Positions 47,412 to 57,974 of a stretch of DNA of 64,000 nt are shown here, piece after piece; within the stretch, counting starts at the first letter, position 1, and every line of letters starts with the position of its first letter. The notes under the pieces were generated by a model. It searched no databases and was not told where the DNA came from. It was given only the letters and a program-made list of their open reading frames with translations. Source of the DNA: Candidatus Auribacterota bacterium (lineage in GTDB: Bacteria > Auribacterota > Tritonobacteria > UBA1439); the NCBI GenBank assembly GCA_026392035.1, contig JAPLCX010000108.1, forward strand, positions 4,634-68,633, written 5' to 3'. Position numbers and translations under genes: made by a program.

Positions 47412-47589
47412 GGGCTTCTTCCCTGTTGAGCGTGTTAATCGCGAACCCCGCGTGCACGATCACAAAATCCCCGACCATGGCGTGTTCGATCAGGTCAAGG
47501 GCCACTCGTTTTCTAACCCCACCGAAGTCAACGAGCGCGTGTCCGTCAGCAATCAGTTCTATGATCTCACCGGGGACCGCCACGCACAT
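47359..47589 (-). CDS. hypC: Hydrogenase maturation factor HypC
   Basis: Starts MCVAVPGEI (conserved Cys2). The C-terminal overlap with hypD (~50 nt) suggests hypD may start at a later codon. Confidence 0.8.
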   Translation of the reverse strand: MCVAVPGEIIELIADGHALVDFGGVRKRVALDLIEHAMVGDFVIVHAGFAINTLNREEALETIEYFKQLSEPPGQF

Positions 47590-48243
47590 TTCCATCTCCC
47601 GCTGTAAAAGAAGTACTCTCAACTTCACCATATCACACTCGGGTTTGGCAAGAGAATTGTTGAGGAGGGATCAACAGGATCATGCAGCAGGACGCGCGGG
47701 CGTTGTGGTGTCATTGCGATTCCGGCTCAGCGGGACGAAGCAGTCCGACACCGAGGGCGTCACCCCAAACAGGGTGAGGGATCGCACATAGGTCGCCACT
47801 GCTGCCTGCGGCAGCCTCGCGACGCTTCGCGGGTCGCCTTCGGCCCGCCACACACAGCCGCTGCCGCTTCGGGGGAGGAAGCTCGTTCCACTCCATCGCA
47901 GCTACTGTGTCTTTGGAAACACCACTGCTGTATGCATCACTTCACTCACTACGCAGGTAATGTAGAGGCAATACTTGACATTCTATGAGAATAGGAATTG
48001 CCAATAAACCTTTTTTAATTAGATATGTCAATATTCTTATTTCAGTAGATATATCCTTTCTCATATATAACCACTTAATAGCTATATCTTACTCCTAAAG
48101 AACAAGTAGCGTAATACATCTACCTGTTCCCATCCATGCGCCTTTGCCCGGAGCCTTGACAACTGCCCAAAATTAAGCTAAAATTCGAGTGAGCGAGAGG
48201 GCAGGGATGGAAGGAAGCTCGCTCTCAAAGGAGCGGCAGGACG

Positions 48244-50769
48244 GTGAAGGCGCACAGGTGGTTCCTCCTGATTCATGCGATGAGCGCGGCGGCGCTCTCG
48301 TCGTTCCTTTTTATCTCACCTCTGTCTGCCGCGCCGGACGCTCCTTACGTCGAGGGTGAGATTCTCGTCAAATACAAAAGCTCGACTTCCCATTTGCGCA
48401 TGAGCAGCATCGAGAAGACGGCCGGCCTGGTTACAAAAGAAGAAATCCCCGCGCTGCGCATCAAGCGGGTAAAAATTGAGTCCGGGATGTCCGTCGAGGA
48501 GTGCATTGAAGAATACCACAGGCTCGCCGGCGGCTCGATAGAGTACGCTGAACCCAACTATATCCTGAACGCTGATCTTCTCCCCAACGACCCTGACTTC
48601 AATCAATTGTACGGTTTGCGCAATACCGGACAGAACGGCGGTGTGCAGGGGGCCGATGTTGCCGCCGCCGAAGCGTGGGATACCGCCACGGGCGGCCCCA
48701 TTGTGGTCGCGGTCATCGACACGGGAGTTGACTACACGCATCCAGACCTCGCGGCCAATATGTGGAAAAATGAGGGCGAGATACCGGATAACGGCATTGA
48801 CGACGACGGGAACGGCTATGTTGATGATTACCGCGGCTGGGACTTCTGCAACCATGACAATGACCCCTACGATGATCACTCGCACGGCACGCACTGCGCG
48901 GGCATCATCGCGGCCGTGGGCGACAACGGCATCGGGGGCGTCGGCGTGTGCTGGAAGGCGAAGATCATGCCGTTGAAGTTTATGGGGGCGGGGGGCTCGG
49001 GATCGACGGCCGAAGCCGTGAATGCGATCCTCTACGCGACCAAGATGGGCGCGCGGGTAATGAGCAACTCGTGGGGCGGCGGCGGTTGCTCTCAGGCGCT
49101 CAGGGACGCCATCCAGGTTGCCAACGATGCGGGGGTGATATTCGTGGCGGCGGCGGGAAACTCCGCGAGCGACAACGATCTCACCGCGCACTACCCCTCG
49201 AGCTACGATTGCAAAAATGTCATCGCCGTGGCGGCCACTGATAATTATGATCTCCTCGCGTCATTCTCATGCTACGGGCTCACATCGGTGGACATCGCGG
49301 CGCCGGGGGTCGCGATCCTGAGCACCACCCCCGGCGGGGGCTACGCGTCATACAGCGGGACATCGATGGCCGCTCCTCATGTCGCAGGCGCCGCCGCGCT
49401 CGAGTGGTCGCACACGCCCGCAAAAAGTCACACCCAGATTATTTCAGATATTCTCAGTGGGGCGACGCCACTCTCGGCGCTGGATGGCAAGGTGGTCACC
49501 GGAGGCCGTCTCAATCTTCAGCAGATGCTCAACCCCGAGAACGACACGGTGGCGCCGGCCCCGGTCACAGACCTGAGCGCGGTGGGGACGAGGATGGCGC
49601 GGGTGACACTGAGCTGGACGGCGACCGGAGATGACGGCAACACGGGGAAGGCCAGCGCTTATGACCTGCGTTACTCCCTCGATACGATCACGGACGCGCG
49701 CTGGGACGCGGCCCGCCGCGCCTCCATTGCGGTCAATCCACAGAGCGCGGGTTGCACGGAAGAGGCAACGGTGACCGGACTATCGCCGGGCACCTGTTAC
49801 TATTTTGCCCTCAAGGTGAAGGACAACCGCAGGAACAGCTCGGCCATTTCAAATGTGGCGGCGGCGACAACCTCCTCAGGAACGGTGGTCCTCGATGACA
49901 GCGTCGAGGGCGGCGACAACGGCTGGTCGCCGACGGGCCTCTGGCACCGTACCACGCATAGCGCGTCCAGCGCTGTCAGCTCCTGGTACTATGGGCAGGA
50001 GGGGCTCTGGAGCTATGACACGGGGGTCGCAAACAGTGGCACGCTCACGTCGCGGAAGATAGATCTGAGCGCCTATAACGACGCCCTCCTCACCTTTAAT
50101 CATTTCAGAACTGTGGAGGCGTACCAGGGTTCGTACGATATCTGTGCGGTAGAGGCATCGCGTGACGGAGGGGCCAACTGGGAGCGGCTGATGGAGCGTA
50201 ATTCATCGAGCCCGGCGGTGTCCGGGTGGACGAGCTCCGGCGCGGTGATGCTCACGGGCTATGCCGGAGGGAGCGTGCTCCTCCGTTTCTCGTTTGACAC
50301 GGTGGACGCCACCTCGAACGGTTATGAGGGTTGGTATGTTGACGACATCCGCATCATGGCGGAGGATTACAAAGTAGAGCAACCGGATCTGTACAATCAC
50401 CACGTGGAGCTCACTCTGAACGGAGAGAGCTTCCGGTGCGGCGACAAGCTCTATCTCTCCGCAGTCGTGAAGCGCGGCTGGCTCTCTCCCCATACCGTGT
50501 GCGATGCATACCTCGCCGTATCGCTGCCGAACGGACGCGAGCTCTTCCTCACGCGCACTCACGCGCTGTCCGGAAAAGCGCTCCCCCTTATGAGCAACTT
50601 CGAGGTGAGGGACATGAGGGTTACCATGGGCCCCTTCGTCATCGCCTCCGGTCTCGCGAGCGGCAGCTACTCCGTGCGCGGCGTGCTCACCCCTTCCCAG
50701 AAGCGGGCGGTAAAGGGGACGAGCCTGATGAGCAACCTCTCCCAGGTGAGCTTTACGATCACTCCGTGA
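48244..50769 (+). CDS. Secreted S8-family (subtilisin-like) serine peptidase with I9 propeptide and C-terminal beta-sandwich/FN3-like domains
   Basis: Catalytic triad motifs VAVIDTGVD, HGTHCAGIIAA and GTSMAAPHVAGAAAL. Signal peptide. GTG start preceded by an AAGGAG RBS. Confidence 0.9.
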   Translation: MKAHRWFLLIHAMSAAALSSFLFISPLSAAPDAPYVEGEILVKYKSSTSHLRMSSIEKTAGLVTKEEIPALRIKRVKIESGMSVEECIEEYHRLAGGSIEYAEPNYILNADLLPNDPDFNQLYGLRNTGQNGGVQGADVAAAEAWDTATGGPIVVAVIDTGVDYTHPDLAANMWKNEGEIPDNGIDDDGNGYVDDYRGWDFCNHDNDPYDDHSHGTHCAGIIAAVGDNGIGGVGVCWKAKIMPLKFMGAGGSGSTAEAVNAILYATKMGARVMSNSWGGGGCSQALRDAIQVANDAGVIFVAAAGNSASDNDLTAHYPSSYDCKNVIAVAATDNYDLLASFSCYGLTSVDIAAPGVAILSTTPGGGYASYSGTSMAAPHVAGAAALEWSHTPAKSHTQIISDILSGATPLSALDGKVVTGGRLNLQQMLNPENDTVAPAPVTDLSAVGTRMARVTLSWTATGDDGNTGKASAYDLRYSLDTITDARWDAARRASIAVNPQSAGCTEEATVTGLSPGTCYYFALKVKDNRRNSSAISNVAAATTSSGTVVLDDSVEGGDNGWSPTGLWHRTTHSASSAVSSWYYGQEGLWSYDTGVANSGTLTSRKIDLSAYNDALLTFNHFRTVEAYQGSYDICAVEASRDGGANWERLMERNSSSPAVSGWTSSGAVMLTGYAGGSVLLRFSFDTVDATSNGYEGWYVDDIRIMAEDYKVEQPDLYNHHVELTLNGESFRCGDKLYLSAVVKRGWLSPHTVCDAYLAVSLPNGRELFLTRTHALSGKALPLMSNFEVRDMRVTMGPFVIASGLASGSYSVRGVLTPSQKRAVKGTSLMSNLSQVSFTITP

Positions 50770-50889
50770 CGTGTTCGATCAGGTCAATGGCCGCTCGTTT
50801 TTTAACCCCCTCGAAATCAACGATCGCGTGCGCGTCAGCCGGCAGTTCTATTATCTCACCGGGGATCGCCACGCACATTTCCCTCTCCC
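50770..50889 (-). pseudogene. hypC-like 5' remnant (MCVAIPGEIIELPADAHAIVDFEGVKKRAAIDLIEHVT...) with its upstream leader
   Basis: 50770-50945 is ~85% identical to 47472-47650, which is the hypC start plus leader. The frame runs straight into the antisense of the S8 gene. Confidence 0.6.
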
Positions 50890-51670
50890 GCTGTAAAAAT
50901 ATTTCTCTCAACTTCACCATATCACGCGCAAGTTTTGCAAGAGAATTGTTGACTGTACCGTCCCCGTTTTTGTGAAAGGGACTATTGCTTCATCTCCCAA
51001 TTCAGAAACAGGTCATTCCCGCGGAAGCCTGCCTATGCCGGAGCGGCTTCGCGCAGGCAGGCGGGAATCCAGTCCTGTACAGTAAATTGTGTATTTCAAC
51101 GCTGGATGCCTGCTGGAGTTTACCCCTGCGAGAGCAGGGGCAGACATGACACGATCACGTCTCTGGAACAAAAAGTATATATTCAGTTGACGATATCAGT
51201 ATCGTACTTGATGCCAGCACATTGGGTATTTCAAGCCTGAAATTTCGGGGAAAGTCCTGGGATGGGTTTAGCTTACGGCGTGGAAGGATCAGATTTGCTG
51301 ACGAAGCAGCTTCACACGAAGATCGGAGTGGATGAGAGGCTGACAGGTCGACCGGAGTTGATCAGTCGGAGCGAACGAGCGTTAGCGAGTGAGCGGAGAT
51401 CCCGAGTGGAGCGAGAGATCATTCCCAGATTAACAGAGCGTAGCGTACGACTTATTGTCTGGGGGGTGACCCTGATTATTTCAGAGACTGATGGGAAAAG
51501 GCATCACCGCCGTATCAACTGTCAAGGATAAAGACTTGACCCCAAATGTCTCACGCTCTACTCGATGGTGAGGAAGGTTTCTGCGATCGGCCCGAGCGGA
51601 GCGACCCGCCGCGGAAGTCAAGCAGGCTCGTGTACCCGGAGGCTCCCGCCGTGCTCCTCTCGGGAATCCC

Positions 51671-54600
51671 TCACACCGGCTCCGCGTGCGCCTTTTCCCG
51701 GCGGCCGGAGAGACGGGCCGTGAGCGAGCCGAGCCACCATTCCAGGCGCACCAGGTACCAGAAGACGACCGGCACGAGGATAAACGTGAACACGATCGAC
51801 GCCAGCATCCCCCCGATCATCACCGCGCCCATGGACTTTTTCGCATCCATCACCGAGCCGAGCTGGGGCGCGACGCCGAGGATGATTGCGATCGACGTCA
51901 TGAGGATCGCCCTGAACTTGTCCGAGGCCCCGAGCCAGAGCGCCTCCTTCACCGGCACGCCCTCCCGCATCTTGATGAGCGTGTGGTCCAGGAGGAGGAT
52001 CGCATTGTTCACGACCATGCCGACGAGCATAACGCCGCCCATCAGCGACGCGACGTTGATGGACTGCCCGAAAAAGAACAGGCCCAGGAGCATCCCGGTG
52101 ATCGAGGTGACCACCGTGGTCATGACGGCCAGGGGATACGCAACGAGCGAGTTCATGAGGGCGCAGAGCAGCATGAAGGTCAGGATCACCGCGAGCAGGA
52201 ACGCCTTGCCGAGCTCCTGGTAGGACTCACCCATGTTCTCCGCGTTCCCGACGTACCGGTAGCCGTACCCCTCGGGGAACTGCATCGCCTTGAATCCCCT
52301 GTCCAGGACCCCCCTGACATACCCGAACGCGCTCTTGCCCAGGTATCCGTCGAGGTGGATCACCCGCTTCCTGTCCCTGTGCCAGATGGTCGGGACCGCC
52401 TTGTCGATCTTCAGCGCGCCGAGCTCGTCGATGGGGATGAGTCCCTTCTTCGAAAGGACCGACATGACTTTTATGTCGTCGAAGTCCCGGGCGTATGTGT
52501 CGTTCAGCTCTATGTTGACCTTGTATTCCTCGCCCTTCTCCTTGTACACGTTCGAATCCTCACCGTAGATGGACGCGCGGAGCATGGAACCCGCGTACGC
52601 CGCGGTCACCCCGTATTCGACGAGCTTCTCCTGCCGGGGCTTGAACTGTATCTCGTCCGGGGGCGTCTTGTACGAAAGGAGCACGCTCCTGAAGTACCCG
52701 CTTTCTTCCATGATCTCCCTCATCCTGCCCGAGAGGCGGATCATGGTGTCGTAGTCGGTGCCATACAAATCGATGGCGACATCCCCTATCCCCGCCTCGA
52801 GGCTTACCCCGCGTTCGAAACTGGCCTCCACGTCGGGGATCCGCGCCATGAACCCGGTGAGGTCGCTCATGATGTCGACGTCTTTCCTCCTGCGCTCCTT
52901 CAGGGGCACCAGGTCCAGCGTGATCTGCACGTTCTCGACGCCGTTGGCGCCTATGGTGCTCAAGTACGATTTCTTCTCGGGCAGCGTCTCGAGATGTCCC
53001 TCCACCAACTTTGCGGCTTCCGTGGTCCGCTCGATGGTCGACCCCTGCGGGAGGGACATGCTGATCCTGATCTGGTTCTCATCCCCCTTCGGGACGAAAT
53101 CGCTCTCGAGGTAGGGGACGAGCAGCAGCGAGGCGAAGAAGAGCGCCGTGATCGCGGCAACGGCGGACTTGGGATAGCGGAACGTGATGTCGAACAGATA
53201 CTTGCACTCCCGCTTCAGGAGTTCCATGCCGTCGTCGATCCGCTCCCTGAGCCAGTGCAGCGGGGCGACGATCCGGTGGACGATACCGGCGCCGGCGCCC
53301 GCGCGGCGGCCCGCCCCCGGCCTGAGTATCGCGGCGCACATCATGGGCGTCAGGGCGAATGAGGCGAGCACCGAGAACAAGGTGGCGTAGACCACGGTCA
53401 GGCCGAACGACTTCATGAACAGGCCGACGATCCCGCCCATCATGGCGATCGGCAGGAAGACCACCAGGTTGGTCCCGGTGGCCGCGATGATGGGGACGAC
53501 CACCTCCTTCGTCCCGTCGATCGCCGCCCGGACGGGGTCGCGCGTCCGCTCCAGATGGACCAGCACGTTCTCGATGATGACGATGGCGTTGGAGATCAGG
53601 GTCCCCAGCACGGACGCGATTGCGAGCAGCGTCATGGTGTTGATCGAGAATCCCGAGGCCCACATGGGGAAGACCGTGGAGACGATCGAGGTCGGGATGA
53701 TGACGCAGGCGATGAAGGCGATGTCCCACCTCCCCATGAAGAAAAAGAGGATCGCGGCGGTAAGGATGAGGCCCAGGATGATGCTCGACTGCGCGTCGGT
53801 GGCCTCGTTGATGATGAACGAGGTAGTGTCCGTCGCGATGTCGAGCGTCATCCCGCGGGGCAGCGCCGCCCTGAATTCGCCCATGCGCCGCCTCATCTCA
53901 GTGGCGATCGACACGGCGTTTCCGTCGGACGCCTTGTTGAGGGAGAGCCCCACCACCTCCTTTCCGTTGTACCGCGCCATCGTCTCGATCTTCTTGTAGC
54001 CGTCCTCTATAACCGCGATGTCCTTCAGGCGGAAGCTCGATCCGTCCGAGGAGACGACCTTCATCTCCGCAATTTCGTCCACACTACCGAACTCCCCCGT
54101 GAACCGGACCCCCAGGGAGGTAAAGCCCTTCTCGAGGGCGCCGGCGGGTACGTTCCTGTTCTTCGCCATCATCGCGCTGATCACCTCGCCGATGCTGATG
54201 TAGCGCCGCTTCATCAGCATCGGGTCGAGCCACACGTTGATCTGCCGCTTCCTGCCGCCGTAGACGTCGACCTTCGCGACCCCGGCGATGGAGGAGAACC
54301 TTGTTTTCAGGGTCTTGTCGGCATACTCGTAAAGGGCGCGCACGTCAATCGTGGGGCTCGAGAGCACCAGGTCCATCACCGGCACGACCATCGGGTCGAA
54401 TTTCTCGATCACGGGCTTGTCGACGGCGTCGGGCAGGTCGTTGAGGATCGCGTCGACCTTGTCCTTCACCTCGATGGACTTCACGTTGACGTCCGCCGAC
54501 AGCAGGAACTCGACGGAGACGAACCCGAGGCTCTCGTACGACTTGCTCTTGATCTTCTTGATCTCGGATATCTCGGAGACCGCGTCCTCGATCTTCTTGA

Positions 54601-54784
54601 CGACGAGTGTCTCCACCTCCAGCGGCGTGGCGCCGGGATAGGTCACCGAGACCGTGACGATCGGGTAGTCAACCTTGGGGAACTTCTCCACGAGCATGTT
54701 CGAGTAGCTGTAGACCCCCAGCACGACGAACACCAGCACGAACATCACCGTGGTCACGCGGTGCGTGACGAAGAACTCTATCAT
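51671..54784 (-). CDS. Multidrug-type RND efflux permease (HAE1/AcrB family)
   Basis: Start set at the internal ATG (MIEFFVTHRV) that overlaps the upstream MFP stop as ATGA. 12-TM AcrB-like architecture. Confidence 0.9.
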   Translation of the reverse strand: MIEFFVTHRVTTVMFVLVFVVLGVYSYSNMLVEKFPKVDYPIVTVSVTYPGATPLEVETLVVKKIEDAVSEISEIKKIKSKSYESLGFVSVEFLLSADVNVKSIEVKDKVDAILNDLPDAVDKPVIEKFDPMVVPVMDLVLSSPTIDVRALYEYADKTLKTRFSSIAGVAKVDVYGGRKRQINVWLDPMLMKRRYISIGEVISAMMAKNRNVPAGALEKGFTSLGVRFTGEFGSVDEIAEMKVVSSDGSSFRLKDIAVIEDGYKKIETMARYNGKEVVGLSLNKASDGNAVSIATEMRRRMGEFRAALPRGMTLDIATDTTSFIINEATDAQSSIILGLILTAAILFFFMGRWDIAFIACVIIPTSIVSTVFPMWASGFSINTMTLLAIASVLGTLISNAIVIIENVLVHLERTRDPVRAAIDGTKEVVVPIIAATGTNLVVFLPIAMMGGIVGLFMKSFGLTVVYATLFSVLASFALTPMMCAAILRPGAGRRAGAGAGIVHRIVAPLHWLRERIDDGMELLKRECKYLFDITFRYPKSAVAAITALFFASLLLVPYLESDFVPKGDENQIRISMSLPQGSTIERTTEAAKLVEGHLETLPEKKSYLSTIGANGVENVQITLDLVPLKERRRKDVDIMSDLTGFMARIPDVEASFERGVSLEAGIGDVAIDLYGTDYDTMIRLSGRMREIMEESGYFRSVLLSYKTPPDEIQFKPRQEKLVEYGVTAAYAGSMLRASIYGEDSNVYKEKGEEYKVNIELNDTYARDFDDIKVMSVLSKKGLIPIDELGALKIDKAVPTIWHRDRKRVIHLDGYLGKSAFGYVRGVLDRGFKAMQFPEGYGYRYVGNAENMGESYQELGKAFLLAVILTFMLLCALMNSLVAYPLAVMTTVVTSITGMLLGLFFFGQSINVASLMGGVMLVGMVVNNAILLLDHTLIKMREGVPVKEALWLGASDKFRAILMTSIAIILGVAPQLGSVMDAKKSMGAVMIGGMLASIVFTFILVPVVFWYLVRLEWWLGSLTARLSGRREKAHAEPV

Positions 54785-55500
54785 TGCGCCCCCGCCCCGC
54801 GGTCCGCCTGCGGCGTGGCCGACGTCCCCGTGCGGTTCACCGTATCTCTCTCTTCCAGCACACTCCGGCCCGTGAGCACCAGCGAATCCCCGGACCGCAT
54901 GCCGCCGGAAAGGACCGCACCGTATCCGTTGCGCGACTCGAGCCTGACGCCGGCCTTCATTGCCCTTCCGTCGCATATCTTCCAGACGCTGTACCCGCCG
55001 CCTGAAACATCGAGCACTTCGTTCGGCACCACCAGCGCGCCGGGGAGCGTCCGGGTGCGCGCGTAGACCACGAGCGGCGATTCCGCCGAGGCGGGCGGGT
55101 CGTTGAATTCCACCCCCACCGGGAACATCCCCGTGATGACGTCCAATTCCCGGCCGACCGATACGACCCTCCCGCAGGGGGTTCCGCCGTCCGCGAAGCG
55201 GATCTCCTGCCCCTCCGCGAGTTTTTCCTTGATATCCGCGGTGACGAAACCGTCCGCCGCCCTGCCCGATGCGCAGGTCACCGTGAACTTCGTGTACACC
55301 GGAATATCCTTCGCCCTGACCTCCTCGACCGTCACCGGCTTGCCGCGCCTGTCCCACTCGGAATGGAAACTGACGATCGGGCGGCCGCGGCTGGTGTTCA
55401 CTGCGCCAATCTTCATGCACACGGCGATGATGCCGACGGTGATCATTGCCGCGTAGAATCGCGCCTTACGACTAATTCTTCGTGCCGTTTTTCTTTTCAT
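54781..55500 (-). CDS. Short efflux RND periplasmic adaptor (MFP)
   Basis: Basic N-terminus plus TM anchor (KARFYAAMITVGIIAV). Beta-barrel/lipoyl-like regions. Lies between the OMF and RND genes. Confidence 0.65.
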   Translation of the reverse strand: MKRKTARRISRKARFYAAMITVGIIAVCMKIGAVNTSRGRPIVSFHSEWDRRGKPVTVEEVRAKDIPVYTKFTVTCASGRAADGFVTADIKEKLAEGQEIRFADGGTPCGRVVSVGRELDVITGMFPVGVEFNDPPASAESPLVVYARTRTLPGALVVPNEVLDVSGGGYSVWKICDGRAMKAGVRLESRNGYGAVLSGGMRSGDSLVLTGRSVLEERDTVNRTGTSATPQADRGAGAQ

Positions 55501-56815
55501 CGTAGTGCCCCGCAATCAGCTTCTCCATCCTCGCCAAAGTGGTATTGATGCTGAACAGCGTCATCTCCTTGTTGATCCTCTGGTTCGTGAGGAGGAGTTC
55601 CGCGTCGTTCAGATCGGTCAGCGACGCCTGGCCCGACGCGAACATATCCTGGGTCTGCCTGAACGACTCCTCGGCAAGACCAACCGCCTTGACGTTCGCG
55701 CCGAGGTTCTCGTTGTACTGTCGGTACTCCAAAGAGGCCTTCTTGAGCTCCAACAGGAACTTCTTCTCGAACTGCTTTGTCCTGAGACCCGCGATCTCCC
55801 TGTCGGCGCGCGCCTGCCTGAGTTGCGCTTCCTTCTTGCCCCCCTCCCAGATCGGCACGTCGATCTTGAACCCCGCGAAGGCGTACCGGTCCAGGCCATG
55901 GCCGATCCCGAAGGCGTGGTCGTCCCGGCCGCCGAAATAATCCAAGGTGGTAAAGGCGGATATGGTGGGTAGGAAGGCCGCGTATTTGCTTCTGACCTTC
56001 GCGTCGGCCGCCTCCGCGGTCTTGGCTAAGCCCTTCAAAAACGGCTCGTATTTGTGCATCGCGTCGACAAGCGTGTCGTAGTCATACGCGTCGTACTTCT
56101 CACTGAAATTCTCGACAATCTCTATCGTGCAGGAATAGTCCACGTCGATGAGCTTCTTCAACGTCTCCAGGGCCGCGTCGTACTGGGTCCGCGCCGCGTT
56201 GACCGTGGGCACGCGCACGGCGACCTCCGTGTCCATCTTGAGTATCTCGTAGGTGGAGCTGCGGCCGCCGAACGAGCGCCGATCGAGTAGTTTCTTATTC
56301 TGGATGGCGTTTGCGTACGACTCCTCGGTGATATACAGGGTTTTCCTGGCGAGCAGCCCGCCATAATACGCAAGCTTGGCCGCATAGATGATCTCCTGCC
56401 TGCCCGCCTCGCGGTTGTAGCTGCTGGCCTCGACCGCCTTCCTCGCCGCCTCGACCGCGTACATGACCCTGCCGAACGACCAGATGAGCTGGGAGGCGGT
56501 TACCCCGTACAGGTCGTAGTAGTCGTTCAAGCCCGTCGCGCTCGGGGAGTCGATGGTATAAGCCCAGCCGGTCTGCCCGCTCAAATTGGGAAGCAGGCCT
56601 GCGCGCTCTTCCCTGGAAAAGCCTTTCGCCTTGGCGACTTCGCTGTCTCTGATCTTCAGCTCCTCGCTGGTCTCCACGGCGCGCGCGATGGTCTCGGCGA
56701 GGCCCAGGCGCAGCACGGCGTGCTCCTCCGCGGAGACCGGGGTCACACCGTGAATGGCGTATGCGAGCGCGCCGGCCAGGATCGCGGCGGGGAGCAGCGG
56801 CCCTTTCATTTTCAT
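55472..56815 (-). CDS. TolC-family outer-membrane efflux protein
   Basis: Signal peptide. Duplicated TolC repeat architecture. Confidence 0.8.
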   Translation of the reverse strand: MKMKGPLLPAAILAGALAYAIHGVTPVSAEEHAVLRLGLAETIARAVETSEELKIRDSEVAKAKGFSREERAGLLPNLSGQTGWAYTIDSPSATGLNDYYDLYGVTASQLIWSFGRVMYAVEAARKAVEASSYNREAGRQEIIYAAKLAYYGGLLARKTLYITEESYANAIQNKKLLDRRSFGGRSSTYEILKMDTEVAVRVPTVNAARTQYDAALETLKKLIDVDYSCTIEIVENFSEKYDAYDYDTLVDAMHKYEPFLKGLAKTAEAADAKVRSKYAAFLPTISAFTTLDYFGGRDDHAFGIGHGLDRYAFAGFKIDVPIWEGGKKEAQLRQARADREIAGLRTKQFEKKFLLELKKASLEYRQYNENLGANVKAVGLAEESFRQTQDMFASGQASLTDLNDAELLLTNQRINKEMTLFSINTTLARMEKLIAGHYDEKKNGTKN

Positions 56816-57477
56816 CTCCTCCGGCTCCTCACTCCCAGCCCTTTCCAGAGGAGGCGCAGCTGACGCGTGTAGTGGTAGGCCTTGTCCCGGATATTCTCGA
56901 GCTTGGCCGCCAGGAGGGTCCCCCCCATTATCGCGAGCAGCGATATCACTATGTCGTCGATAGCGACATCCGCGGGGAGTTCGCCATGCGCGCGCGCGTC
57001 CTTCAGGCAGCCCTTGAAGAACACCCCGATAGGCATTGTGGGGATCTCCTCGATGCCTGCGCAGCGTGGGAAGGCGAGCTGCTTTTCAATGGGGGTGATA
57101 TCGACTGGTTTCGGCCTCTCCTGCTGGTTGACCATGATGGAGATCAGCTGGTAGCCGAGGTTGGCGCTGTGCAGATCCCCGGCCAGCGTTACGAACACCT
57201 CGTCGATCAAGGCGAGGGATCTTCCCGGGGGGGCCTCCCGCCGCGCCTTCCAGATGATCTTCAGCAGGAGGAGAGTTATGTAGTAGTTGATGATGTCGAT
57301 CTTTTCGGGGAAGTAGTTGAAGAACGTCCCCTCGGAGATTTCGACACTCCTGCACAGTTCCCGGATGGAGATGCCGTCATACCGGCTGGCGCGCAATCGC
57401 TGCACGAAGGCGTTGACGATGGCGAGCTTTGTGCGCGCGTGCTTCTTTTCGCGCAGCGAGTATTCTTTCCCTGGCAT
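56812..57477 (-). CDS. TetR/AcrR-family transcriptional regulator
   Basis: N-terminal HTH (GISIRELCRSVEISEGTFFNYF). First gene of the efflux operon. Confidence 0.8.
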   Translation of the reverse strand: MPGKEYSLREKKHARTKLAIVNAFVQRLRASRYDGISIRELCRSVEISEGTFFNYFPEKIDIINYYITLLLLKIIWKARREAPPGRSLALIDEVFVTLAGDLHSANLGYQLISIMVNQQERPKPVDITPIEKQLAFPRCAGIEEIPTMPIGVFFKGCLKDARAHGELPADVAIDDIVISLLAIMGGTLLAAKLENIRDKAYHYTRQLRLLWKGLGVRSRRR

Positions 57478-57620
57478 GGCATGTATCCTTATTTAGTGTT
57501 TGCTACATAAATATAGCATACTATAAATTATCGTCAAGCGCTATTTTTTCGCCGCACCGGAAAAATCAGGGTCAAACCTTTACTATACACTAAGAGGAGC
57601 ATAGTTGATCTAGTGCGAGC

Positions 57621-57740
57621 ATGGCAAGACCACTGAGGATTGAATATCCGAGGCATGGCACCATGTCACAAGCCGCGGGAACGAGCGGTGGGAGATATCC
57701 CGGGACGACAAGGACAGGAAGCGGAGCCGCGGTGACGAAT
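57621..57740 (+). pseudogene. Decayed N-terminal fragment of a RAYT/IS200-like HUH transposase gene (MARPLRIEYP, then frameshift, then GAWHHVTSRGNER)
   Basis: MARPLRIEYPGAxYHVTSRGNER is the characteristic N-terminus of this transposase family. Here a 1-nt frameshift and a stop follow after ~38 codons. Preceded by AAAAATCAGGGTCAAACCT at 57561-57580. Confidence 0.5.
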
Positions 57741-57834
57741 AATCACATGCGTCTTCAGAAGCAGATGTTAAAAGACCGAAGATTGGCGAAACGGGTGAAA
57801 CAGATTCACGACAAACTTGTCAGTGTACAGTAGA
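57723..57834. repeat. ~110-bp repeat, left copy; inverted partner at 61797-61908
   Basis: GGAGCCGCGGTGACGAATAATCACATGCGTCTTCAGAAGCAGATGTTAAAAGACCGAAGATTGGCGAAACGGGTGAAACAGATT... is ~90% identical to the reverse complement of 61797-61908. Confidence 0.7.
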
Positions 57835-57974
57835 GGTCTAACCCTAATGCTGCACTTCGCACACTTCCTCGCTCCTGCTCCGCCCTAGGTTCAGGGACGA
57901 CTCTTTCAATTAATTACGCTTCGTGGGAAGCTTAAAGAATGGTATGATTCAACTCACGAGAACAGATCAACACT

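Noticed and set aside
47640-48240. AT-rich 600-bp stretch upstream of the S8 peptidase as a separate mobile element or ncRNA
   Set aside because: It contains no repeats, hairpin ends or ORFs. It looks like a foreign AT-rich promoter/leader region that came with the peptidase cassette.
51262-51531. 89-aa ORF in the gap between the hypC-like remnant and the RND operon
   Set aside because: It has no RBS and no motifs, and lies in a region with two GC hairpins (51034-51070, 51125-51142). This is more likely a terminator/intergenic region.
54785-55420. 212-codon N-terminal extension of the HAE1 RND ORF as listed (51671-55420)
   Set aside because: The extension is Gly/Arg-rich junk that overlaps the upstream MFP gene. 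An internal ATG (MIEFFVTHRV) overlaps the MFP stop as ATGA and gives a canonical RND N-terminus.
57621-57833. 70-aa ORF MARPLRIEYPRHGTMSQ... as a real small gene (and 61809-62000 minus-strand ORF sharing VTNNHMRLQKQMLKDR)
   Set aside because: The shared peptide is the translation of the ~110-bp inverted repeat. The 5' part is a frameshifted transposase N-terminus, whose correct continuation GAWHHVTSRGNER appears in the +1 frame.
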